Shown here: positions 1 through 10,118 of the stretch, piece after piece
Layout of the letters: the number at the start of each line of letters is the position of its first letter
How positions within the stretch are numbered: the first letter of the stretch is position 1
Translations under genes and position numbers: made by a program
The notes under the pieces: generated by a model
The model's database searches: none
The model's input: only the letters and a program-made list of their open reading frames with translations
Told to the model about the DNA's origin: nothing
Source of the DNA: Torpedo marmorata
Lineage: Eukaryota
Assembly (NCBI GenBank): GCA_977017645.1
Contig: OZ360225.1
Span: 60,016,001-60,080,000 of the forward strand
Reading direction: 5' to 3'
DNA: 64,000 nucleotides

Positions 1-986
1 CATGTCCCCATGCCAACGGTGTGCCAATGCGGCCGGCCGTGTCGGCCCCATTCTAGAAGGGCAGGGAACCTGGTCCAGACCGCAGTCACCACCCATTCCC
101 ATAGGGTGGTGCCATCATCGACCCCTTCTGGCGGCGCCCACAAGGCATTGCCAATCGTCTGTTGGTCAGACAGACCGCCCAGGGTGCTCACTTCCCGATG
201 AGAGAGAAGGGAATTGGGGCCCCCTTGTCTCCCAACTGAAGCAGTGGCATGGCTAGGTGTTCAACTGACCGCTGGTGGTATCGGTCCCCTCGCCCGGTTA
301 GCCCCTTAGCAGAATAGTCCCGGGACTCCATGATCTCACAGTGACCATATACGTGCCCACCCAAGGTCCCTCCATTTTCGGCTACCTCACCATTTTGGAA
401 GGTCGGCGGGGTGCCCTCGTGGCAGGTCTAGGACCGCGTGGTCACTGATCGGGCTTGTAAAGGCTCAGGCACACAGGGGAAGGACGTGTGTCATAGGACT
501 CAGTTTCCTCATGGTTATCACCATCCATCCACACATACCCATCCCCCAAACATGTGTCGATCCCCTCCCCTAGCTGGACAATGGCTCGGACTTTCCCTGG
601 GTCAAGCTGCGAGCCAGACCAGCCAGCTGCTTGCAGCTGCTGTGTTTCAATTAGCTTGGAAGCTGCCTTCATGACTTTAATTTCTAGGTTGGTCACTTAC
701 CTTGGACAATCTGCACTGCCTCCTGTAGTGCACAACAGTGATGCTGCAGATATTCTATCTCCCTAACTTTCTGTGCGACCTGATTACTTAACTCAGACGT
801 GATACCCCACTGGCGCCTAAGTAAGGATATCAGTAACCATAGGGCTGCCCCATAACACCCCCCGGCCTCGGGAAACACCAGTAACTCCAGATGGGAGACC
901 GCGGGGTGCCCTATCTTCTCTCCGTGGGGGCACAACCTGTCGACCCAATCGACTGGCATGGCGTGTCTTGCCAGCCACGCAGCCAA
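1..986 (-). pseudogene. gag: Frameshifted gag of a class III (ERV-L/ERV-S-like) endogenous retrovirus; runs off the left edge of the window
   Basis: Joining minus-strand frames across frameshifts near 696, ~470 and ~213 gives RLAAWLARHAMPVDW...ESRDYSAKGLTGRGDRYHQRSVEHLAMPLLQLGDKGA..SLLSHREVSTLGGLSDQ..TTLWEWVVTAVWTRFP..HWHTVGMG. This follows the ERV-L/Fv1-type Gag pattern as recalled (RDY..EL, YxQxxGE, LLxLWDxGA, LGxLS, LWxW..AV..RxP, WxT). One in-frame TAG lies near 428. Confidence 0.75.
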
Positions 987-1209
987 ACGGCTGAACCCTG
1001 ACGGTCATCGGTCCACACGGGGATTTTATAATCTGACCCCAGGGTCCCTTCCCTATCTGTGGGTCACCTCCTGCTGCCCCGTTGGTGAGCAGGTACACAA
1101 TCACACATGCACCCGACAGGACGCCCACACACACACTTGTTAATACGATCTCCCACATTGTTAGTACGATCTTCCACTCCCATATGGTTAAGACTCCACG
1201 TGTGTCCAT
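817..1209 (-). CDS. ERV pre-gag ORF (130 aa): N-terminal hydrophobic/TM segment followed by a small beta-rich module; overlaps the gag 5' end in another frame
   Basis: Starts at the first ATG after the PBS (1209) and is uninterrupted to TAG at 817. Hydrophobic stretch IVLTSVCVGVLSGACVIVYLL. Codons 1002-949 match a second ERV segment (2284-2231) at 13/18 amino acids. Confidence 0.55.
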   Translation of the reverse strand: MDTRGVLTIWEWKIVLTMWEIVLTSVCVGVLSGACVIVYLLTNGAAGGDPQIGKGPWGQIIKSPCGPMTVRVQPFGCVAGKTRHASRLGRQVVPPRREDRAPRGLPSGVTGVSRGRGVLWGSPMVTDILT

Positions 1210-1221
1210 CTGAAACTCTTT

Positions 1222-1241
1222 GAACCCTGCTCGCAGCGGCA
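1222..1241 (-). other. Retroviral primer-binding site, tRNA-Ser type
   Basis: The plus strand reads GAACCCTGCTCGCAGCGGCA, a near match to the 3' end of vertebrate tRNA-Ser (GAACCCTGCTCGCWGCGCCA). It lies 2 nt from the LTR terminal CA on the minus strand. Confidence 0.8.
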
Positions 1242-1243
1242 AT

Positions 1244-1914
1244 TGTCGTGTTGGGAACAGTATCAGTTTCGGTGGGTTCACAGAGAGACGTGTCTGGACA
1301 CAAGTATTACAATCACACGTAACTTTAATTAACACATGGGAGACAAACAGGGGAGAATGTTAAATGGTACTCGATTACTATTTCACTTAAGCAACGTTAT
1401 AGACATTCACATCGGACCAAGGTTGGACTCCGACAATAGTGAACCTATACTCGACACGCTCACACACTTGAGTACACACACTACAAACAGGGACTCTTAC
1501 ACACACCCGGTTCCCTTACCAACGGGGGTGCGGCTCTCTGCAAGTATTGATCTATCACAATACTACGGCTCAGCTTCAGTGTAGTGCACACCTTACCCAC
1601 GACACTTCCAGCGATGTCCACAGTAGCGACCTGGTGTGGCGAGATGTCCAGGGCTTGGACCACGAGGCAGAGAGAAAGAATGTGCTGTGCGTTGGTGTTA
1701 TATACAGTGATAATCTGTGCTTCTAGCCAATAATGACCCTAGGTGATTTAAATTAGCCAACGGCAAGGTGTGCATTAATGGGTGGCCGGAGTCCAACCTT
1801 GATTGACAGGTGATGTGATTTCCGAATAAGTTTCAGACGGGGAGGACACGTGACCACCCGCAATACACAATATTCCAGACAGGCAGGGAGGCCACGTTTC
1901 CTCCACACACAACA
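1244..1914 (-). mobile_element. Complete ERV LTR (671 bp)
   Basis: Minus-strand termini TGTTGTG...CACGACA form an imperfect inverted repeat. TATATAA at 1704-1698 and ATTAAA at 1329-1324. A PPT lies directly upstream and the PBS directly downstream. Confidence 0.85.
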
Positions 1915-1925
1915 TTCCACCCCTC
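1915..1925 (-). other. Polypurine tract
   Basis: Minus-strand GAGGGGTGGAA directly abuts the TG start of the LTR. Confidence 0.7.
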
Positions 1926-2435
1926 GGAAATCACATGACCCTGCAATCACTACGAAGACAATCAATAACTCTATGTACATGTTATAACTATAAACAAAGG
2001 AAAAGAAAAAAAGAACAAAAAGACGTGTTTAAAAAAAAACGATACCAATCAAGCGGATCAATATATACACATGTGCCTTCCATATGCTGGACAAGGCACA
2101 TAATCAAATTCAATGACAACGCCTCACCAGCTCCGCCCCGACCAAACAGGTGTTTCCGATGGAGCACGGTGCTGTAGAAGATGCTCCCCAGTGTCAGAGG
2201 GGAGGGTAGAGAAAGAAATTTGTCTGGTCACCGACTCGCGTGCCTGGTTTCTCCGGCTTGGCTGCCAAATGTAAGCACCCTTACCACCAACGTCTGCTAA
2301 TGGGTGGCCAGGGTCCAACCTTCATTGACAGGTGATGTGACTTCTGAATAAGTTTCAGACGGGGAGGACATGTGACCACCCGCAATACACACATTCCAGA
2401 CAGGCAGGGAGGCCACGATTCCTCCACACACAACA
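1926..2435 (-). mobile_element. Internally deleted upstream ERV unit: first 138 bp of an LTR (2435-2298) joined to the 3' end of the internal region
   Basis: 2298-2435 aligns to 1776-1914 with about 9 differences and starts with the same TGTTGTG. It is followed by an ORF end ...VVRVLTFGSQAGETRHASR* (stop 2230-2228) and the PPT. Confidence 0.8.
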
Positions 2436-2464
2436 TCCCTTGACCTATTTATTCAGGTGGCTGC

Positions 2465-2990
2465 CTGCATTTTGCTAATACCTTGATGAAGTGCTCAGGC
2501 CTGTAACATTGACCTGCTTTCCACTAAACCTGCTTGTCTTTTCCTTCCCCTCCCTCCTCACCTGTCCTTCCTGTTTTTTTCCACCCACCCAGCCATCCCT
2601 CCTCCCCCTCTTTGCTGCTGTCCCCTCCCTCCTTTCTCCACCTATCATCTCCTGCCTTTGCCACCCCCCCCCCCCCCATTCCCCCCCTCACTCTTTTGTT
2701 CGGACGCCTGCCAGCATTTTCTCATACTTTGATGAAGGGCTCAAGCCCGAAATGTCGGTTATGTATTTCTACCTTTGCTACATAAAAGACACTGTTTGAC
2801 CTGCTGAGTTTCTCCAGCATTTGTGTTTTTTACTTCAACCACGGTGTCTACAGATTTTCGTTTTTTACTTCTGTAACGTTGGTTATATGTTTTTGCCTCC
2901 TATGGACACTGTGGGACCTGCTAAGTTCCTCCAGCACATTTGTATATTTATTACAATTGAAGTATCTGCAGACTTTCTTGTTTCATTTTA
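2465..2990 (+). mobile_element. Penelope-like 3' end (pseudo-LTR) at 2508-2870, nested inside an older related copy
   Basis: CTGTAAC is duplicated at 2501-2507 and 2871-2877. Both elements carry the TTGATGAAG..GAAA motif and the GACCTGCTRAGTT..TCCAGCA tail. Confidence 0.75.
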
Positions 2991-3172
2991 CTTCATATAA
3001 TTTGGGTCAATAGAGTCTCCATTGACAACTTTCTCTTTGTAAATTTAACTCAATGATGACATAGCACAGCAAATATTTTCAGCTGTGGAAAGGACTCATT
3101 CTTTGGAGTCAACCTGTGCACAAATTAAATGATAGGAATGTATCTTCCAAACACCTCTTGGCTTCTTTGGTA

Positions 3173-3596
3173 GTGTCGGCTGTGATTCAGTGGGTAGATC
3201 TCTCATTTTTAATGTGGAAGATGGAGAGTTCTAGTCAAAAATGTGAGTACAATTGTTTGAACGAACACACCAGTGCCAGAGTTTCAGCTTTTTGAACAAG
3301 ATATTAAACCGAGGGCTCCGTCTGTGCTTTCAGGTGTATAAAGCATCTCATGTGAGTATTTCACAGAACTGCAGGGGAGTTATGTAGTATTCTGGCCAAT
3401 GTTTATCCCCCAAGCAAAATTTCTAAAGCAGATGATCAGTCTACTGTCGCAGGTTTGTTTTCGTGAGCTTCTTGTATGCAAATTGCCTGCCATACTTTCT
3501 CCTTTATAACTGAAGCCGCTCTTCATTCACTGAAACACACTCTGGGACATTCTGAAAGGAATAAGGAAGGCGCTACATAAATCTGTATCTTCTTTT
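3173..3596 (+). mobile_element. Deu-domain SINE (SacSINE1/AmnSINE-like), diverged
   Basis: tRNA-like head (GGCTGTGATTCAGTGGGTAG), central Deu-like segment (GAGCTTCTTGTATGCAAATTGCCTGCC) and tail GAAGGCGCTACATAAAT..TCTT. Similar copies at about 18600-18980 (-), 22450-22830, 61660-61920 (-) and 61990-62605. Confidence 0.6.
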
Positions 3597-4076
3597 AACT
3601 CGATCAATCTCTCCCAGACATATGGAATTGAGACTGCTATCTTGTTATTCACTCTTTTAAGAAATAGAAGCAGGAGTAGGCCACTATCCTTTTGTGCCTA
3701 CTGTGATTTCAATAAACTCACAGCTAATTCCTGATTTTGTATCTCTAAAAACCTATTAATTCTGAGCCCTCATACAGAAAATATCATCTGGGTGAAGAAC
3801 TTTCTTCTCATCTCTGACTTGATTGACTGATCCTTTATTCTTCAACTACACCTGCCCAGAGAAATACCATCTCCTCGTCTACCCAGTTGAACCTCATGGC
3901 AATTCAGTAACATTCAATGAGATAACATTAAGTTAAATTTAATTTTATTTGTCACAAAATACCTAGTGCAGTGAAAAGGGTTCTTCTGTGAGCAGACTAA
4001 CAGATTTATCTCTATCATTCATACAGCTATGTTAAGAGCACAGTTACAGAATTTAGGATTGCAATGAAAAAGAAAG

Positions 4077-4337
4077 TAAAAACACAAAGCTGGAGAAACT
4101 CAGCAGGTCAAACAGTGTCCTTCATATAGCAAAGGTAAAAATACATAACCAACGTTTCGGGCTTGAGCCCTTCATCAAGGTATGGGAAAATGTCGGCAGG
4201 CGTCCAAATAAAAGGGTAAGGGAGGAAGTTATGTATTTTTATCTTTGCTATATAAAGGACACTGTTTGACCTGTTGAGCTTCTCCAGCATTGTGTTTTTA
4301 CTTCAACCACGGTGTCTGCAGACTTTTGTGTTTTTCT
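4077..4337. mobile_element. Penelope-like insertion made of two inverted pseudo-LTR ends
   Basis: 4077-4149 and 4228-4302 are near-perfect reverse complements. A 14-bp TSD AATGAAAAAGAAAG lies at 4063-4076 and 4338-4351. Confidence 0.8.
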
Positions 4338-4839
4338 AATGAAAAAGAAAGATCAATTAGCACCAAGCAAGAGCAATATGGATAGCACTGGTATGTGGTT
4401 CAACCAGAAACCTCATGGCTGTGGGAAAGCTGGTCATCAGGTAAATTCCATGGAAGATAAAGAGGTCAATATTGGCATCTGGGAAATCTGAAGACCTGTA
4501 AGAAGTTTTAAATAATTGAAAGTTTGAATTTAGCTACAGTATCACTGGACAGTAATGCCCAAAAAATCTTTATCTCTCATTGAAGAATCTGCTAAAATGA
4601 GCTTTCACCATTTGACACTCAGAAAGGAGAGAGAATGTCTCACTTGAACTTGAACATGCACACTCTCCATCATTTCCCAACAACCCTTTTTAAACTTTAT
4701 TAAGAAGCCCCATATATTTGATCTACAAATGATTCTCATTATTATATTCCAAGGGCAATTATAATTCATAGAATTATGTATTTATATTTTTTCCACCCAT
4801 TTGCTTGGCTCTTGATAACTCAATTTCAAACAGTTGGCT

Positions 4840-5290
4840 TGAATTGAATTGTTTTATTGTAACGTGCAGTGAGATACATTAAAAAGCTTTGTTTTGCGTG
4901 CTGTCCAAGCAAGTCAATTCATGCAGCAGCTAGTGCAATAATAACAAATAAACAAAGAAATAAAACAATTGTGTTGGGAGTTATGTTACAATAAGTCAAA
5001 TAGTAGAGGGTGTAAAGAAAAGTAGTTAAAGAACAGTGCAAGGGCATCATCTTTTACCAGTGAGGGGTCCATTTACGAGTCTAATGACAGCAGGAAAGAA
5101 ACTGTCCTTGAATCTGGAGGCTCGTTAATTTAAGCCCATGTATCTTCTGACCAATGGAAAGTGGAAGAAGAGAGCATGCCCAGATGGAGATGCGATCTTC
5201 AATATGTGAGCAGCTTTCTCGAGACAGCGGGAGGTATAGACAGAGTCAATAAGGAGGAGCTTTGTTTGTGTGAAGATTCGGATCACCCTG
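4840..5290 (-). mobile_element. Rex1/Babar-type LINE 3' fragment
   Basis: (TTGAA)n tail followed by TTTATTG. Segment GGAAAGAAACTGTCCTTGAATCTGG..TTCTGACCAATGGAA matches the 3' ORF region of the larger Rex1 copy at 56.6-58.1 kb. Confidence 0.55.
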
Positions 5291-5834
5291 CATCTCTGTG
5301 CATCATAGTGACTCTAAGAAGTGAGAATTCAGTCATGCCTGAGGTTTGCTCTTCAAATCAACAAGTACGTGCTGGCAACACTCAAATCATAGATCGAGGC
5401 ATCTAAATCTAATTCTATTCACAATATGAACCTCCAATTTAATTCATGTGGGTTCATCAATAAGTAGATTTAAAATGACATTTTTAAATCTGGTAATCCC
5501 ATATCTTACTGTTCTGTAAGAGGCCTCTTCATAAGTTTAGCATTACATTGTTATAAACAACAAGAAGATTTTCAGCCACATTACAGTGATTTTTGTCAAG
5601 CAGTTCTGTGGAGAGCATTGGCTAGCTGAGGTGTGTAGGTCCATATGTTCCTGATTTCTGGAATGTGCTGCAGGACTGTTGATGGCCTCTTCTGCCACTG
5701 AATGAACACATCTAGCATTTGAAAGGGATCGTCAATCTGCATTAAAAAGGTAAGCAATGCTAAATGATTTGTTTATTTTTTCGAATGAATTTTAATGTTT
5801 TAATTAATTTATATGAGATGAGTTGTGGAATCTT

Positions 5835-6505
5835 AGAGTCAAAGAGAGATCTGCACAGAAACAGGCCCTTTGTCCCACCGAGTCTGTGACAACCATCAGC
5901 CACCCATTTTGCACTAATCCTGCATAATTCCATTTTATATTCTCCCCACAACTCCCCCTAGATTCTACTACTGTACTAACCTATGCACTGGGGGCAAGCA
6001 ACAGTGGACAACTATCTATTTGTCATTGGAATTTGGGAGGAAACAGGAGCATCTGGAGGAAACCCACACGATCAGAATCAGAATCAGAATCAGAATTTAT
6101 TGTCATGAACAAGTCATGAAATTCGGTGTTTTGCGGCAGCATCATAGTGCAATTAACATTCATATTAACCATCTTACGACATTACTATAAAAATTATAAA
6201 CAATAGTGCACGAAAAGTAAGGCAGTGTCTTTGGTTCATTGATTATTCAGGAATCTGATGGCAGCGGGGAAGAAGCTGTCCTTGTGCCGTTGAGTGCTCG
6301 TCTTTAGGCTCCTGTACCTTTTTCCTGATGGAAGCAGAGTGAAGAGGGCATGGCCTGGGTGGTGGGGGTCTTTGAGGATAGAGGCTGCTTTTTAAAGACA
6401 CAGGGAGAATGAGCAAACTCCACATAGATGACACCAAAGGTTGGGATTGAACCCTAGACATTTGAGCTGTGAGGCAGAATTACCTCTAGCTATGCCACTG
6501 CACCC
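5835..6505 (-). mobile_element. V-SINE/HE1-like SINE interrupted by a Rex1-type LINE 3' end (about 6075-6397)
   Basis: Minus-strand tRNA head GGGTGCAGTGGCATAGC..GGGTTCAATCCC and V-domain-like GTGGAGTTTGC..TTCTCCCTGTG. The inserted piece ends in an (ATTCTG)n tail. Other copies at about 20125-20430 (+), 60010-60335 (-) and 62210-62540 (+). Confidence 0.65.
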
Positions 6506-6944
6506 AAATATTTGAGTACATTTATTATTGTTTTTATTTTTTAGAATTTTAAAAATAATTGTTTACTTGTTTAGTTATTTGAATCAATTTCAGTTCTTTC
6601 TAAATGTCTCCAATCCTCAGAGACAATTGTAAAGGCAGGAACCACCAGTTCCTGGGCACAGCTTTCAATTTTGTAGTCTAAGGCCCACTAACCATCCATG
6701 GTTTTCTCCATCTCTTAGGGCTGCTGGACCATGATGACTCCAGGACAATGGGAACCACACGATCATAAAAGGTTAGTGTGGCCGTTGGAGTCAAGCACAA
6801 GCCATGGATCAGCTCAACTACAATCAGCCATTCTTCTCCTCTCTCAAAACCATCAAGATTAAGAGAGCAACATTTATCAACCATTCAAGAAACTTAGAGA
6901 GTACTTTCATTTTCTTTCATCATTTACATCAGTGAAATAATCTT

Positions 6945-7555
6945 ACACAGGCTCTTCAGCCCAGCTCGTCCACATTGGCCAAGTTTCCCACCCTCTGGAT
7001 GAAAAAATTGTCTCTCAAGTCCCTTTTAAATCTATCCCCTCTTACTTTAAAACTATGCCCTCCAGTTTTACATTCTCTTTGCCTGGGAAAAAGATTGTGG
7101 CTATTAATCTTACCTATGCCCTTTATGATTTTATATACCTCTACGTTCGCCCCTCAGCCTCCTGCGGACCAGGGAATAAAGCCCCAGCGTGTCCAGTCTC
7201 TCCTTATAACTCAAGCCCTCCAGACTTTGTGAATCTTTTCTGCACTCTTTCCAACTGAATGACATCCTTCCTATAGCTAGGCTACCAGAACTTCACACAA
7301 TACTCGGAGTGAAACAAGAAAGTCTGTAGACGCTGTGATTGTCATTAATAAACAAACGCACTGGAGAAACTCGGCAGGTCCCGCAGCGTCCAAAGGGGGT
7401 ATATAACCAATGTTTCGGGCCTTGACGAAGAGCTCAGTTCCAAGTGTGGTCTCACCAATGTCTTGAACAGTTGTGACATGATATCCCAACTCTTGTTCTA
7501 AATGCACTGACCGATGAAGGCAATTGTGCCAAATGCCTTCTTCCCACCTGCTCTA
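6945..7555 (-). mobile_element. CR1 LINE 3' fragment with a Penelope-like piece inserted (about 7306-7438)
   Basis: Degenerate reverse-strand match to the CR1 RT C-terminus seen intact at 54.1-55.1 kb (CAATACTC..CAAGTGTGGTCTCACCAATG). The insert carries the GGAGAAACTCGGCAGGTC motif. Confidence 0.65.
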
Positions 7556-8813
7556 TATTTGCTCAGTCTCAACTCATTGCTGGACCTTCACAACTTGTCA
7601 CTAAGAAAGGTACCGTATATTTCGGCGTAAAAGTCGAGTCTTGAAACCCTCAAAAATCTCTCAAAAAATGGGGGTCGACTTATACGACAGATATACTTTT
7701 GAGACCTTAAATTCAACTCAAAAAGCTGCTGGAGGCCGATTCGGCGTATAAGTCGACCCTTGAAAATCGATTCGACATATAAGTCAACCCTTGAAAAACA
7801 AAAAAAACCCAACTACAACAAATTTTCATAGAAAGTTTTGTTGAAAAAAAAACACATTTAGAATCCTTCAAAATCACTATCACTATCATCGTCGGAGGCA
7901 AAGATCGCGGCAAGCACATCCATACACTCACTATTTAAACAGTCATCATACGGGTCCCAGTCTGTTTCTGATGAGGCGGCTTCAGCTTCGTCGTCAGTGT
8001 CCCACAATAAATCATCTTCCGTGCCATCCATTGCACAAGAGATACCGCACTTTGTAAACAATTTTATTACAGTCTCTACTTTCACTTTATCCCATGCTTT
8101 GAGCACAAAGTCACACAGCACATCAAGTGATGCAGCACGCATTGCCCCGTCTTTTGTGAATGATTTTTTTGCACTTGTCATCCATGTATTCCATTCATCA
8201 CACACATGGGTTTTGAATGGCTTGTTCAAGCAGACATCGAGAGGTTGCAATAGAGATGTCAAACCACCTGGGATAACTGCCATGTAAGTACTATTTAGTG
8301 CTAACCTACTTTTAGTGTTCTCAGTTAAGTGGCTACGAAACATATCCCAGACCAGCAAACTCCGTTCCTTGCGTAAACCGCCAGGCCGCCTGTTCCACAC
8401 ATTGTCTATCCATATTTTTACACCATTTTCATCCATCCATCCTTTTTCACTAAAATGTACAAAAATACCTGCTGGGAATTTTATTTTAGGTTTAAGTTTG
8501 CGCTTGAAGGTTACCATGGGTCTTAACTTTGTACTGTCAGCCATGAACGATAACACCACCGTAAACCTAGTCCTTTCATCGCCTGTACTTCTAGTTTGCA
8601 CAGTTTTCACACCTTTACATTCCACTGTTCTATTGCCAATCATGTCAAAATTCATGGGGGTTTTGTCCACTTTTCCAATATTTGCCAATGCAAACTGGTG
8701 TTTCTGCCAGTTCCGGATAATAAACTGGTGAAAACTTACAACTTTATAATCAAGATCTTTTGGTAGTTTCTGAGCAATTTTTGTTTTTTGTCGTAATACA
8801 AGATTTTCCTGTT

Positions 8814-9529
8814 ATTTTTTTTTTATCTTTTTTTTTATTTTATTTTTTTTTCATGAATTAAATCTGGTAAATAATTAGCCATCCTATTTGCTAAAATTTT
8901 TGCCATTATCTTGTAATCTACATTTAACAATGAGATAGGTCTATATGATTCAGTTTTCAATACATCTCTATCTTTTTTTGGTATAACTGTAATTATTGCA
9001 TTTAAAAATGTATCCGGTAGTGAATGGGTTTCCGTAATTTGATTTAATACATCCATATACGGAGGTATCAATAAGTCTTTAAACTCTTTATAAAATTCTG
9101 ATGGAAATCCATCATCACCTGGAGATTTACCACTCATTATAGAAGTAAGAACTTCATTAACTTCCCTCATTGAGAAAGGTAAATCTAAAGCTTCTCTACT
9201 TTGAATATTTAATTTAGGTAATGTAATCTTAGATAAAAATCTATTAATTTTAGAATCATCTTGATCAATCTGAGATTTATATAAATTTAAATAATAATCC
9301 TTAAAAGAATCATTTATTTCTCGAGGTTTATAAGTTATTTCCCTAGAATTCTTTTTCTTAATAGCATTTATAGTTCTAGAAGTTTGATCTTTTTTTAATT
9401 GCCACGCCAAGACTTTATGTGCTCTTTCCCCTAATTCATAATACCTTTGTTTAGTTCTTTCAATTAATTTTTCCATTTTATATGTTTGTAATAAATTATA
9501 ATGTAATTTTTTCCCAACTAAATTATTCC
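8814..9529 (-). mobile_element. L1-clade ORF2 internal fragment with A-rich tail, inserted in the Passer transposase
   Basis: Encodes YYELGERAHKVLAWQL..KSPGDDGFPSEFYK..YRPISLLNVDYKIMAKILANR, then an A-rich tail (8814-8851). 13-bp TSD AGATTTTCCTGTT at 8801-8813 and 9530-9542. Confidence 0.9.
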
Positions 9530-9799
9530 AGATTTTCCTGTTCATGAAACGATTGCACCAGCCTACTGTAGCTTCAAAATCTTTACTGCATTCTGGGTGC
9601 GACTTTGCCCACTTCAGTGCAAATTCTCTTATTTTATTTCGCGTGACTATGTAGCAATCTTGCCTCTGTACACGTACCCATGCTGCGACGTGATTTTCCA
9701 ACTCTGGCCAACGAGTGATTCCTCTTCTCATCGAACATTGCCTTTTTGGTATTTTTCTTAAGAGTCTCTTCTTTCTTTCTCCAATCTCTTACCAACTTC

Positions 9800-10118
9800 A
9801 AGATTCAAGATTCAAGATTCAAGATTCAATTTATTGTCACAGTAATAAGACAGTGTCATATACCACAAAATTTCTTTTTGCCTGCTGCAAGGCAGTCAGA
9901 TTCGCCATCGGCAGAAATTGCCTAAGCGCCTCTAACATTCCTTACAGTCAGAGAAAGAGAAGCAAAAGAGAGTCCCCCCAGAGTCACCAAGTGACCATAG
10001 ATTTGCCTCCAGCGCTTCCGCAGCCACACAGAGTCCAGTCCAAACGATCGGCATCCCGAGCTCCAGATCCGAACCTCCAACACGGTCAGGTCGCCCTCGG
10101 CACACCCTCACATCCCGG
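9800..10118 (-). mobile_element. Non-autonomous retroposon/SINE-like insertion with a (TCTTGAA)n tail, inside the transposase
   Basis: Tail (AAGATTC)x4 plus TTTATTG on the plus strand. Removing it restores DVYEKLVRDWRKKEE in the transposase frame. Confidence 0.7.

Noticed and set aside
6440-6505. tRNA-like A/B box sequence (also near 3175, 20130 and 62215)
   Set aside because: These are degenerate SINE heads attached to SINE bodies, not tRNA genes.
6719-6771. 53-bp exon-like segment on the plus strand (tctcttag|...AAAG|gttagt)
   Set aside because: The splice signals are good, but there is no partner exon or recognisable peptide. It cannot be supported without RNA data.
7997-8731. Plus-strand ORFs of 96 and 138 aa (also minus-strand ORFs at 54103-54831)
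   Set aside because: They are antisense shadows of the transposase and CR1 RT frames.
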